From NCBI RefSeq assembly GCF_009914755.1, contig NC_060936.1: 64,000 bases of DNA. One strand, given 5' to 3'. This stretch comes from the human T2T-CHM13v2.0 reference genome, Homo sapiens. How positions within the stretch are numbered: the first letter of the stretch is position 1; every line of letters starts with the position of its first letter. The position numbers and the translations under genes were made by a program. Shown piece by piece: positions 1-13,082 of the stretch. The notes beneath the pieces were generated by a model. It was not told the DNA's origin. It saw only the letters and a program-made list of their open reading frames with translations, and ran no database searches.

Positions 1-1019
1 CAATGACAGGATCACCTATGTGGGGCCTGTCAGGAACTCATCAAAGGGGGTAAGATTTATATATTATGACAGAAATCCTCCTTCTTTCTCCTTTTGCAAT
101 TTTTCTCAAGTTTCTTCTTCATAACTACCCTTCCTGCCTACTTCCAGCTGTGAATAAACATAGACATAGATAAACATTGTTGATGCATGACCTTTGCCCA
201 GATGTGATGGTAGGTAGATGACATTGCATTGAGCAAATGAAGAAACTGCAGCCTGGATCAGCACTCACTTAAGAGGAAAGATCATTTCTCCTTTCTTGCT
301 ATTTAGCCAAGCATTTACTGTGGGGATTTTCAAAGACCTAGTATTAGGGTTTCTGTCAGAAAGTTGATGGTCATACACACATATCTGGAAAGCAAATAGT
401 TTGAAGTCAAAGGGCATAACTCATTGCATTTATTCCATACATGTTGTTAATTTAAGGTGTGTTTTCCATTTCAAAAGGTCAGGGAATATCAATTTGATAG
501 CTCATTCTTGTTATACCTAATATTTTCTTTACTCTACATGCAAACACATCCAACAGCCCAAAAGGGGCAAAGGAAAATCATGTAAATTGCCTGATCTTTG
601 TTCAGTGCAAAAGCTGTTTAGCAGCTCTGCTCATCCAACTTCATAGGGAAATTAAACATCACAGAAAACTTTGCCCTGCTGAATGGTCTTTCTGGCCTTA
701 CTATTGGATAACAGGAGAGATAAAAATGAGCTACGAGGGCTGAGAGTGGAGATCGTATATGCTCTGGCAATACAAACCCCTTATCTTGGGGTTACCTCCA
801 GAGATGTTCTGGTGCTGGCTCAGCCTGGCTTGGGAGAGCACATAGTGAACATCTTTTTCCAACATTTTTTCTTGAGGAGTCAGTTAACCATTTGCCAGCA
901 CAACAGTAGTTACCTCTCTGAATAATCTAAATGTACTAATTATTTTAATTCATCACATGGTATGTGTGACTGATAATTTGTATTTAATAGTGGGAGAAGA
1001 TACCTATATATTGTCCAAC

Positions 1020-1380
1020 TTTGGTTGTGTATATTTTCCTTTGCACAAATTGGATCAGTCCATTTCTATTTTTTATCGTCTTACTTTCCTGACTTATTGA
1101 TAAATCTTGGGAGATCTTCCCAAGTTAACACATTCAAATCTACTTCATTTTGTGTTAACAGCTACATTACAACCCACTGTACCAAAGTTTATTTACTCAG
1201 ATCCCTTTAGATGAAAAAAGTTTCCAGTTTTTAGCTATAATAAAGAATGCTGCACTGACCATTTTTTTTACATTGCACCTTTGTATAAACCACTTTTATA
1301 TACAGATACAGGAAAATTGCTGAGTCAACCTGTAGGTGCATTTTAAGTTTGGATAGATATGCTTAATTTGCACTCATACT
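1020..1380 (-). mobile_element. Ancient L1 (L1ME-like) 3' fragment
   Basis: Degenerate antisense L1M 3' motifs: ttccagtttttagctataataaagaatgctgcactgacc and aattgctgagtcaa...gtgcattttaagtttggatagatatg. Confidence 0.6.
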
Positions 1381-1569
1381 TTAAGGGTACAATTTGGCAT
1401 CATTTGCAGTATCATTTACAATTGCAATTTTCTTTTCTTCCTTTTTCATGGCAGGCTTAATCAGATTTGAAAATGCACTGTTAGGCATGTCCTTTTTCAT
1501 CCTCCTTTCAAGGAGATATTTCTAACAGAAAGATAACAAAGGTTTTAAAAAGTCAGTGTTCCCTTAAAT

Positions 1570-1685
1570 TTCAGCAAATAATTAAGAAGTGCCTGCCTAT
1601 GTTCTAGAGACTCAATAGTTTAATAAGGCAGACCAGTTTCATGACTTCATGTAGCCTATGCTCTAATAGGAGAGCTGAGGCAAAT
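1570..1685 (-). mobile_element. L2 3' fragment
   Basis: cagcaaaataattaagaagtgcctgcctatgttctag...aaggcagacc...ttcatgtagcctatgctctaat resembles the antisense L2 3' end. Confidence 0.5.
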
Positions 1686-1749
1686 GCTGTCAAGTATACC
1701 TGATAAACACTCACTCCAAGTATTTGTTAGGTAATTCCTTCCATAAGAC

Positions 1750-2268
1750 CCTCGTCTACTTTTCTCAGTTTGTTATTCTAAACCAGTGGCATTCAGATAT
1801 GATCTCACCCTTCACCAACTCGGGAATTCCTTTTTCTTCTTTTATGTATTGCGTCTCATTTCCTATTTTTTTTTTGTTTCTTTCCTCATTTTGTACATAG
1901 AGCATCCTCTAATAGCTTCTTGAGAAAAGTGCGTTGAAAATATGTTTTTTGACATGGCTATATTAAAATGTCATTATTCTTCCTTCATACTTTCTATATT
2001 TCAGCTTGATTATGAATCCTGATTGGAAATACATTTCTCTTAAAATTTTAAAGGATTTTTTCTATTATTTTCTAGTTTTCATTGTTGCTATTGAGCAATC
2101 TGTTAGTATATGGGCTGCATTTTCTCTCTTAAATGTTAAAGTTTTTTTTATCATAAGCATTCTGTAATTTCAAAATGAGATGTCTTAGAGTGGATTTTTT
2201 TTCATTCATTTTTGCAGAGCATTTGGTAAATCGTTTCAATCTGGAAACTCATATGTTTTAGTTCTAGG
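1750..2268 (-). mobile_element. HAL1 (L1-related) fragment, part 1
   Basis: tagcttcttgagaaaagtgcg...aaaatgtcattattct...ttggaaatacatttctcttaaaattttaaagg...gttgctattgagcaatct matches recalled antisense HAL1 ORF1 region. Confidence 0.6.
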
Positions 2269-2269
2269 A

Positions 2270-2815
2270 GCTGGAGTACCAAGAGTGGGTCAATGGGGCC
2301 GTCTTCCTCAGTGCAGGCAATAAGGAATGGTCTGAAGAGAATTTTTAAATCATATTAAAACTTACTAAAAGATACTCTTATTTTGACTAGTGTGCCAGCA
2401 ATTGTCCACCTAAATCTACTATTATTTAAAGTTCTCAACAACTGCTAGGATTACTGTTGACTTTTAATAATATATATGTGAACTTCAAACTAGCACATGC
2501 TATGTTACTGATCCCATATTAAATATTGTATTATGCATAAAAATTAATGTGGAGAACTCTGAATTATAGAGTTAGCTCCCTCCCTCCTGACACAGTACAC
2601 TCATTTGAGATAAGTTCATAATACTTCAGAATCATTTGAGCTGTCTTTGGGTGTAGCTTCTGTTTTCAGTCCCTATTGTACTACATATTCCTGGATTTAA
2701 ATATAAGATTCAAAATAAATAATGATTGCATAGTGATTACAAAAATGAAGAAATTTAATTTTAATTACCTCAGTTCTATCATTGTATGTGACCACTGGAG
2801 TATAGCATTTTGTTC
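2270..2815 (+). mobile_element. MER97-like hAT-Tip100 DNA transposon, truncated on the right
   Basis: Begins gctggagtaccaagag...gtgcaggcaataagg; later gtactacatattcctggatttaaa and tatgtgaccactggag, as in the recalled MER97 consensus; no right terminal repeat seen. Confidence 0.6.
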
Positions 2816-2984
2816 TTGTTTTATGGAAGATAGCTATCTATATATATGTTTTCCATAAAATATAATAAATATATATGCACTATCCCTGGAGCAGTATACA
2901 TATATTGTATATAAATATATAAAAATAACATATATATATCTTCCATAAAACATAATATATGTATACTACTCTAGTGATAGTGCA

Positions 2985-3013
2985 TGTGCGTGTGTGTGTG
3001 TGTGTGTGTGTGT
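2985..3013. repeat. (TG)n microsatellite
   Basis: Direct read of the TG run. Confidence 0.95.
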
Positions 3014-3017
3014 ATAT

Positions 3018-3154
3018 CTTGGTTGTAATTCAATCATGGCTCTGCCATTCTTTCAACATGTTCAAAATGTTGTTGACATCATCCTTCTGCTGAAACTTCC
3101 TTCCCCTTTCTCTGAACTTGTTTGTCTATGTATTTTTTATTCTATTACTGTCAA
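3018..3154 (+). repeat. Local direct duplicate of 3877-4016
   Basis: Colinear over ~137 bp with an identical 24-mer atccttctgctgaaacttccttcc; the ORF track shows the shared peptide VDIILLLKLPS at both sites. Confidence 0.95.
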
Positions 3155-3234
3155 GATATATATGTATATATATCTTCCATAAAACATTATATATACATAT
3201 ATGCATACATGCTACTCTAGGAATAATCACAGTT

Positions 3235-4030
3235 TATTTTTCTTTTAAGTTTTCTTCTATTCCCTGTATAGTATCTGTTTCATTAGTAATCCTTTCAGTT
3301 TGTATATTGTTTCCCTTCTTCCTGTTTTATGTTTCTTAAATTATGTAGTGATTTTTGGTTTTTCATTCATGTTTAAGATTGGAGTGGTAAAAAGCTAATT
3401 TTAAGGTCAGCATAAATGAAGGAAACTTATTTCTTGGGGGGTCTGACAGAAAGATAATTGAATAAGAACCTAGCTGTTTTGTTTGCGACTTCAAATTGTC
3501 ATCTCTGTGGCCATTTCTCCTCATCTGATCAATTTCCCCAACAGGGAATCTTAATTCTTAGCTAGTAGGAGTAGAGAAACAGAGAGGTGAAATGTCAGTC
3601 AGCTTTCTGAAAGCTGCCAGTATGAAAAGCGTTGGGAAATTTTTTGCCCCATGTCCCTAGAATCAAGACACTCTCTCATGCTAGATCTCCAGAAAAGTCT
3701 GACTTCTGTCAGGCTGTGCATTTTGAGAAAGAGTAGATCTGAAGTCTGTTTATACACATTTTCAATAATCTAACAGGTTGTAGCTCCATCTTCAACAGTA
3801 AGTTCTGAGTTCTGTGATGTAAATTGCCTTGGTTCTCATTGGTGTTCCCTCCTGTAGACGTTCAGGTCTCAGCATCCTTGGTTTTCATTCAGTCATGGCT
3901 CCTACATTCTGTCAACATCTTCAAAATTTTGTGGACATAATCCTTCTGCTGAAACTTCCTTCCTCTTTCACAGAAGTTGTTTGTCTATATATATATTTTT
4001 ATTCTATTGCTGTCAATTTATGGGTTATGA
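3235..4030 (-). mobile_element. HAL1 5' region, part 2
   Basis: gtgatttttggtttttcattcatgtttaagattggagtggtaaaaagctaatt and terminal gctgtcaatttatgggtt resemble the antisense HAL1 5' end. Confidence 0.5.
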
Positions 4031-4684
4031 TGAAAGAAAAGATAAAGACCTCATTAAATCTGCAACATTTTACCAAAGAGCTTTCTGATAACAGACCCTG
4101 GGAGACAGAGCTCAGCTTTTGATGGACATGGCCAGCCTTTGGAAATGGGAGGGTAGGGGATGCTGTGGGAAACGTGGCTTAAAGACCAGGTACACATATT
4201 TCTTTCTGCACCCAACAGGGAAGTTCTTTCTGAACCTCTTGAAATTCCCTGCAATTAAAAACTTTCTCCATTTAACCGAAAAAAAAAATCTTCTCATGTC
4301 TTTAAATTTTCAAATTTAATTTTTTTTTGTTATGAGAATTATACATGCTCACTTTAAGAAATTTGACAGTTGGAGAAAAATATAACCAAATATAGATTCT
4401 TGCACTCTTTGTTCTAAGGGTTTTTAGTTGCTGTGTTTGCATGGTATACACTTTTTCATATAATTTTCTCAGGCTCACTTTGTTTTAGTATCCTTTTTAT
4501 ATTGTAAAATAAATGCTAATACAAAAGAATGGATACATACAATTTAAAGACATAAATAAACATTCATGGACCCACTCTATAGCTTTTATAGCTTATGAAT
4601 TAGAACATATTTGTTTTACTTTATTGGCCAGATTATAATCCCCTTGAAGCTGTATAATATTGGATATTTAAGTTTTGGCAGGTA

Positions 4685-4830
4685 TTTTATTTACACTTAC
4701 ATGTACTATTTAATGTAATCTTCACAACAACTATATGAGGTAGGTACTAATATTAGCCCTATTTTGCAGGCTAGGAAACTGATGCTTAGGAAGGTTAAGA
4801 ATTTTGGCTAGTCAGTAAGTGGAAGTACAT
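4685..4830 (-). mobile_element. MIR SINE
   Basis: aatcttcacaacaactatatgaggtaggtacta...attttgcaggctaggaaactga...aggttaag is the antisense MIR core. Confidence 0.85.
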
Positions 4831-4844
4831 GATTTATTTTTTAC

Positions 4845-5270
4845 GTCAGGGTACAATCAGAAGGCAAAACCATAGACTAGTTATTTGAACTTAGAGAAGT
4901 TAACATAAAGAGGTGTTACCTGGATAAGCTGTTTCCTAAGTAACTAACAGGGTAAAAAGAGTGTTCTAAGGTATCAGGCAAATAACACATGGAGGAAACA
5001 GGCACCACCCTTAGAACTGAGGAAACAAAGGGAAGATGTTGGAATTATTACAACCTAAAAACTTACGGAAAGGGCTCTGTGGTTCTGAAACCCAGACCTC
5101 TGAGCAGAAGGCAATGCTCAGCTGGTTTCAATGTTTTTCATCATAAAGAATGAGTTTTGTTGGGCTGGGACCCAGAACTCTGAGGAGCAGATACCATCCA
5201 GGTGCTGTTTTCTCTGGAAGTACTTGTTGATGAGGCTGGTTCTGCAAGTGTTAAAAAAAACTCAGGGCCA
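4845..5270. mobile_element. Old ERVL-type LTR fragment (subfamily not determined)
   Basis: gtcagggtacaatcagaaggcaaaacca...ttatttgaac start and repeated acccagacctctgag / acccagaactctgag motifs. Confidence 0.4.
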
Positions 5271-5982
5271 CAATGACCTGAGAAAAATTCTTCAGAACAT
5301 CTGATCTCCGTATAAAGCGCTCAAATAATTTTCTGGGATGACAAAAATAAGTGATAGCTGCTATTTCAAATTATCCCCTAAATTAACACATTATTAGCTA
5401 AATGTATTTTGCACTTATTCAATTGCCCTATATTGTCATGTTTAAAGGCTGATTGATTACTGTTGAAATAATTAGATGTATGGAAGATTTTCCCTAATGC
5501 AAGTCTTTTGGGATACAATGACTTGTATCTATTAACTAACTCATATAGTGACAAAGAGCCCGAAAAAAACATTAAAGTGGCTTCTTTTACTCTATATTTC
5601 CTCATCTAATTCATATTTTGAATCCATAATAAGTACAACCTGAGAATCTAGATGAAGAGGTTATTTTATATATAAAGATCTTGCCTAGACTTCAATAATT
5701 GTTCTTTGTTGACTTAGAGAAGCATCGCTCCTTTGACTTTCTATTTGTTCTCTTGGGACTAAGCTCTACAGGGATTACTTGAACTCTCAAGTTCAGAGAT
5801 CAAGTGGATATTGCCTGTAAATACAGACTGACATGGAACAATGGGGTCTTCGAGTCTACCGGGAAGGGCCCTGAGCTCAGAATTATTTTATTCCCAACAA
5901 GCCCCTTGAGAGACCACCTAAGATGGCACAGTGACCCAGTGCAGTGCCTCTGTAGAGCAGAGACACTGGTTCATTGCTTTAA

Positions 5983-6390
<408 letters not shown>

Positions 6391-7439
6391 TTATATCAGA
6401 GTTTAAATAATACCTTTCATCCCTCAAACTAAAAATAATGCTTTTTACAAAGATCTTTTACATATATATATGTGTGTATACACACACACACAGTTCATAT
6501 TGTTGGAAATAAAAATATCTTAATCAACATATTTTCTAGTTCAGAATTTATAATCTTATATTCCCCTTTTTGGACTTATTGTTTCATCAATGACCAGTAC
6601 TGGATCAATGCCAGGTCCAAGGTTGGCACCTAATAAATATTTGATTGATAGGTGAATTGATTGATTCTGTCAACCAAGAAAAACAATGACTAATATGGCT
6701 TCCCTCAAATTAGACAATCCATGCCTTTAATATCAGTTTTTAGCTCCAATTAAAAAATATCAAGCTTACTGAAGTGTAAGATTATTTCTGGTTCAAAGGA
6801 AGTTATGATTTTATAAATAACACCTCATTCCAAAAATTACTCAAAGAAAAGTGGAGTGATTTGGTTTGCCCTATTCATTAAGTAACCATCAAGATGAATT
6901 TCTACATTGGCTCGATAGATAAATTGTTATTTGCTAAAAAGTTTTTTTAAAAAGAAAACTGAAGTTGAAATGAGAATTATATATAAAAATGAATCTTGCT
7001 TTATTATAGCACTTATATATTTAGTACAAATAGCTAGTATGGCTCATAGAAATCTACATTAGGAGACTGTTTTGTTCAGAGTATTCAATCAATTATCCAG
7101 AATTGGAAGTTAAAATTAAACTTTATAATTTAACAAATTGTATAAAATAAGATTGTATAACAAGCACAAGGAATGATAAAGAGAAAATGAAAGCTGTATT
7201 TTCTATGATGAAAAAATACATGCATAAATTGATTGGATTTGCTTGGTCTCTTCCAGCTGGTGCCAGCACATTTCATATTATGATGATGTGCTGTAATGAA
7301 AACTTTAGAATATTTGGGGCATTCACCTAGGGCTCTCTCCTCTCCTTCCTTTACATAATTTTGATTTTGTCTTAGTCTGCCTTTAGTCCTCTGGACTTGA
7401 TTTTCATAGACATATGGACAAGACACTCATCTTGTAGGG

Positions 7440-9000
7440 ACAGGACAGACATTCTCTAAAAGATTTTAATCTAGGGAAAAATCAGGACAGGATTAGTATT
7501 TTGGAAAGATTTGTTTTGTTGCAATTAGGAAGTGTATCCTAGGGGTAGACTGAAGACAGGCTGACCAGTTAAAAAGTTACTGTAATGTAAGAGGTCACAG
7601 GAACTTGGGCTAAGGTGGTAGAGAAGGAATGGAAAAAATGAGATGAAGAGTTTGTAAATTAAAGTATTTACAAAACTGGGTTACCAAATAGAAATAGGAA
7701 GTGGAAAAGAAGATTCTAAATTGACTAAGGATTCTAGGACAAATATAAGTAGGTGTTTTGTTTGCTTATTTTTACCTGTTTCATACATTGATGTACCTAT
7801 TCTAAGTGTTCAGAATGGTGTCTGGCCTGTAGGAAACACTCAATAAATATTTACTGAAAGAATAAATGACTGAGTAGGTGGCCTAGGTAAAACTAGCTGG
7901 ATGGTGGTGCTATAAATGGAGAGGTATAAAAGCAGAAACAGGGTGAGGATGTGAGAAAAATGGAATGTGTAATTTTAGAAATCTTAAGTTTTTGGCAACT
8001 TGGAAATATTAATTTAGAAATTCTTTCTGGGCTTTTGGATAAACAGCTTTAAACTGCATGACAAATAAAAGTTTGAGCTGAAAAATTGGGGGATTGTTAG
8101 CATATAGGACGGTTAAAGTGGTGACCATGATTCAGATTATCTTGGAAAAATATGGTGACTAGGAAGAGCCAAGGGCCAAGGGTAAATCTTTAAGGAATGC
8201 TAATATTTAAGGAGTGTTTAGGGGAAAAGGAAGTTACTAATGAGAGCAAGTCTCCCAAGAAAGTAAGAACACTGGGATACATGATGTTGTAGAGATTCAA
8301 GGTAAAAGGGTTTCACAAAGGCAAAGTTGAACAATAGTGATCAATGCCCAAAATAGAAACAGCAAAATTTGCTATATATATGGCAGTTAGGAGGTTCATT
8401 CATCTACTCTTTCATCTTGATTCATTTAATGAGTCAGCATTTTTTACTATGTACCAGACAGGCATTTAGTTCAGCATTTTGCTAGGGAAGGGTTGGGGTG
8501 ACAATATTACTATACAAGACAGACGTGCTCATGCACTCAAAGATTCTGCAGTCTAGTAAAAACAAGATAAAATAATGAGTAGTGAAAAAAAATGAGTAGT
8601 GAAATGCATTAATGACAATATTTGTTTTATTTCTAAAACTTATGAAAGAATACATTTAGTAAGAAAAAGTATGAAATAATAGAGTTCTGAAGGGATAGAG
8701 AGGTCAGGTACAACAGATAGGAAGATACATAATATTTTCTTTCGGGAGGTAACTTTTAAGCTGGGTGTTGAAGCATGAGAAAGAGCCAGCCATGAGAAGA
8801 TCAGGTGATAGGGCATTATGGGATGAGGGAAAGATTAGTGCAAAGGCCCTAGGAATGTACTCGGTGAGTTGGGTAGGAGCATTGTAGATTAGGGAGCAGG
8901 TGATGGGAGAGGAGGTCAGGAGTAGGTGGGGACTCCACCATGTAGAGATTTATATGTCAGGTTAAGAAATCTCAATTTATAAAACATTAAAGAATAACCA
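7440..9000 (-). mobile_element. Cluster of L2 fragments (mostly antisense; short sense 3' end at ~7760-7870)
   Basis: Purine-rich L2 motifs such as agactgaagacaggctgaccagttaaaaagttactgtaat, gcaaaggcccta, ttactatgtaccagac; cactcaataaatatttactgaaagaataaatga on +. Confidence 0.65.
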
Positions 9001-9229
9001 GGAGGCAGAGTGCCATGCCTGGCCTGGGCAAGAGTTTCAAGATAGAGACCAAGGCAACACAATGGAGGCCATGGAGATGGCTGAAGAAGAGGTGAAACTG
9101 CGGCTTCTAAGAAACAGGCTAACCATCTACACATGGTGGTGGAGGGTCATCCTCATGAATGGTTGAATGGATAAATACCTCCCTGCACATCTACCCAGAA
9201 TTCCAGCACAAAATAAATACTCTAATGGG

Positions 9230-10601
9230 CTTTCTTCAACCTCACACATGAATATTTGAGGGATGGTGGAAAACACTGTATTACCACTTAGTACTATTAC
9301 ACAAATCTATGGTTTAAGACATCTATTTGACCCCATCTCTGCTCATGAGTGTTTTTCTTAATCAGCTCCCTCTCTCATTTTCTTCAGACTATTCCAAAAT
9401 TTCTCCTATTTTCTTAATCTCCCTACTCAACTTTCTTTCCTCTTGCTGTTGAAGATCCACACCTGAGGTCTTCAGGTCTAATGCTGGTAAATTTCTCACC
9501 TCACTAATTATAAAATTATCTGTAGCAGACACATTATCTCATCCTTCCCTGTAGTCTGAGAGGCTAATATGTTCTTTCTCTTGTTCAAAGTAGCATCTCG
9601 ATTTTGTCCTTAACTCTTCCACCTCCTGTTCTCTTTCAGATATTTTCCAACTGTCATCTCCTCTCCCTTTTATCTTTAAAGGCCAGTCTCTGCCTGCCCC
9701 TGCTCTTCAAACAATAATCATGGGAAGCCTTTCTCATCAACGGTAACAACCTCTTCCCTTAAGTCAATTAATTGCCTCAATGCTCACCTACAAATTTTGA
9801 GAGATATCGGTACTCATTTCGTCCACAGCCTGCTGCACTTTTTTTCCTGCTCATAACCACAGCTAGTCTTCATACAATCAATAGAGGTTCCCAATTATCA
9901 GATGTAATATAGTAGTTTGTAGCCCTTATTCTATCTTTTCTCTTTATTTGTTGCAAATGCTTGACTCTACAGACCATCTCCCTGCAATTTGAAATTATTG
10001 CAGTCCTTGTATTCTATGCCACATAATCAAATTTTTCAGGCTCCTCTTTAGGCACCTCACTTTTAGTATGTCCATCAAATGTTGATGCTCCCAAAATTAA
10101 ATCATGTTTCTTTTTTATTTTTACGTATTATCTTTGGGTTACTTTGTGTAATCTCAGAGATACCCTAATTAACTCCCAAATCATATATAATCTACTCCCT
10201 TAATGTTTAGAATTTCAGTGGGCCTTACTGTCTTAGTATATATTAATTTCATATTCATTATATCTGAACATAACATCTTGTATAATAAACCTACTGTATC
10301 CTATATATGGATACTATCTCAACTGATGGTCTTTCCAGTGATATTAGAGAGCAAGTCTTGATTTCTCCCTCTGCCTTTTCTTTCACCGCATGCAGGAATT
10401 TCTACTGCCTATGTATTGGCATTGTCTCCTTCTTCCCATCCCCACGACCACAAGTCTAGGTCAGGCCTTTATTATCTCCAGCTAGTGTAAGAGCCTCCTA
10501 TGATTCTTAGGTCTAGTCTTTCTCACTTTCTTCCTTTTCCTGGATGGTCTATCGCATCCCCAGCCTTCCCCACCACCCAGAGCATACCTTATCCATGGCT
10601 T
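9230..10601 (+). mobile_element. L2 fragment(s), target of the L1PA insertion
   Basis: Pyrimidine-rich degenerate L2 body, e.g. ctaggtcaggcctttattatctc...gtaagagcctccta; continues after 13098. Confidence 0.55.
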
Positions 10602-10617
10602 ACACATCAGAGCTTTT

Positions 10618-10816
10618 TATTTTTATTCCCCCAGGCTTACATTTTAATAGGGAAACAATAAATGAATACATAAACAAAGGAAGAAATGAACTAGAAAAAA
10701 ATAGGTGGTGGTAAGTGATATCAGAGAATTACATCAGAACAGGGGAGGCGGTAGTAGAATTAGGGCCTAAACAATGGCTTTACTTTTGATGCTGAAGGAT
10801 GACCTTTTTTAAAAAA
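10618..10816 (-). other. L1 3'-transduced segment (L2-like) with ATTAAA and A-tail remnant
   Basis: Lies between the L1 3' end and the left TSD copy; minus strand reads ...ctATTAAAatgtaagcctggggg-aataaaaata-aaaagctctgatgtgt. Confidence 0.85.
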
Positions 10817-13082
10817 ATTATACTTTAAGTTCTAGGGTACATGTGCACAACATGCAGGTTTGATACATAGGTATACATGTGTCATGTTGGTTTGCTGCAC
10901 CCATCAACTCATCATTTACATTAGGTATTTCTCCTAATGCTATCCCTCCCCAGGCCCCCACTCCCCAACAGGCCCCAGTGTGTGATGCTCCCACCCTGTG
11001 TCCAAGTGATCTCATTGTTCAATTCCCACCTATGAGTGAGAGCATGCTGTGTTTGGGTTTGTGTCCTTGTGATAGTTTGCTGAGAATGATGGTTTCCAGC
11101 TTCATCCATGTCCCTGCAAAGGACATGAACTCATCCTTTCTATGGCTGAAGTATTCCATGGTATATATGTGCCACATTTTCTTAATCCAATCTATGACTG
11201 ATGGACATTCGGGTTGGTTCCAAGTCTTTGCTATTGTGAATAGTGCCACAATAAACATAAGTGTGCATGTGTCTTTATAGTAGCATGATTTATAATCCTT
11301 TGGGTATATACCCACTAATGGGATTGCTGGATCAAATGGTAATTCTAGTTCTAGATCCTTGAGGAACTGCCACACCGTCTTCCACAATGCTTGAACTAAT
11401 TTACAGTACCACCAACAGTGTAAAAGCATTCCTGTTTCTCCACATCCTCTCTAGCATCTGTTGTTTCCTGACTTCTTAATGATCGCCATTCTAACTGGTG
11501 TGAGATGGTGTCTCATTGTGGTTTTGATTTGCATTTCTCTGATGACCAGTGATGATGAACATTTTTTCATGTGTCTGTTGGCTGCATAGATGTCTTCTTT
11601 TGAGAAGTGTCTGTTCATATCCTTTGCCCAATTTTTGATGAGTTTGTTTTTTTCTTGTAAATTTGTTTGAGTTCTTTGTAGATTCTGGATATTAGCCGTT
11701 CGTCAGATGGGTAGATTGCAAAAATTTTCTCCCATTCTGTAGGTTGCCTCTTCACTCTGATGGTAGTTTCTTTGGCCATGCAGAAGTTCTTTAGTTTAGT
11801 TAGATCCCATTTGTCTATTTTGGCTTTTGTTGCCATTGCTTTTGATGTTTTAGTCATGAAGTCCTTGCCTAAGCCTATGTCCTGAATGGTATTGCCTAGG
11901 TTTTCTTCTAGGGATTTTATGATTTTAGGTCTAACATTTAAGTCTTTAATCCATCTTGAATTAATTTTTGTATAAGGTGTAACGAAGGGATCCAGTTTCA
12001 GCTTTCTATATATGGCTAGCCTGTTTTCCCAGCACCATTTATTAAATAGGGAATCCTTTCCCCATCTCTTGTTTTTGTCAGGTTTGTCAAAGATCAGATG
12101 GTTGTAGATGTGTGGTGTTATTTCTGAGGCCTCTGTTCTGTTCCATTGGTCTATATATCTGTTTCGGTACCAGTACCATGCTGTTTTGGTTACTGTAGCA
12201 TTGTAGTATACTTTGAAGTCAGGTAGTGCGATGCCTCCAGCTTTTTCTTTTTGCTTAGGATTTTCTTGGCAATGCAGGCTCTTTTTTGGTTCCATATGAA
12301 CTTTAAAGTGGTTTTTTCCAATTCTGTGAAGAAAGTCACTGGTAGCTTGATGGGGATGGCATTGAATCTATAAATTACTTTGGGCAGTATGGCCATTTTC
12401 ACAATATTGATTCTTCCTATCCATGAGCATGGAATGTTCTTCCATTTGTTTGGGTCCTCTTTTATTTCGTTGAGCAGTGGTTTGTAGTTCTCCTTGAAGA
12501 GGTCCTTCACATCCCTTGTAAATTGGATTCCTAGGTATTTTATGCTCTTTGTAGCAATTGTGAATGGGAGTTCACTCATGATTTGGCTCTCTGTTTGTCT
12601 GTTATTGGTGTATAGGAACGCTTGTGATTTTTGCACATTCATTTTGTATCCTGAGACTTTGCTGAAGTTGCTTATCAGCTTAAGGAGATTTTGGGCTGAG
12701 ACGATGGGGTTTTCTAAATACACAATCATGTCACCTGCAAACAGGGACAATTTGACTTCCTCATTTCCTAATTGAATACTATTTATTTCTTTCTCTTGCC
12801 TGATTGTCATGGCCAGAACTTCCAACACTTTGTTGAGTAGGAGTGGTGAGAGAGGGCATCCTTGTCTTGTGCCAGTTTTCAAAGGGAATGCTTCCAGTTT
12901 TTGCCCATTTAGTATGATACTGGCTGTGGTTTTGTCATATATAGCTTTTATTATTTTGAGATACATTCCATCAATACCCAGTTTATTGAGAGTTTTTAGC
13001 ATGAAGGGCTGTTGAATTTTGTTGAAGGCCTTTTCTGCATCTATGGAGATAATCATGCGGTTTTTGTCGTTGGTTCTGTTTA
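10817..13082 (-). mobile_element. 5'-truncated L1PA (L1PA5-like), ~2.27 kb
   Basis: Antisense 3' UTR ttatactttaagttctagggtacatgtgcacaac; ORF2 peptides in the ORF track; 16-bp TSD acacatcagagctttt at 10602-10617 and 13083-13098. Confidence 0.97.
11019..13082 (-). pseudogene. Frameshifted L1 ORF2 remnant (RT domain to C-terminal Cys-rich region)
   Basis: Three ORF pieces (12190-13086, 11615-12295, 11019-11429) with [19 protein letters not shown] and LHCWW; the catalytic FADD motif reads FAGD. Confidence 0.95.

Noticed and set aside
1-56. Possible exon end with donor GGG/GTAAGA at 50-55 (frame NDRITYVGPVRNSSKG)
   Set aside because: The acceptor would lie outside the window, the peptide is not recognisable and no partner exon was identified
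1106-1124. Palindrome cttggga-gatct-tcccaag
   Set aside because: 7-bp stem inside a decayed L1; expected by chance
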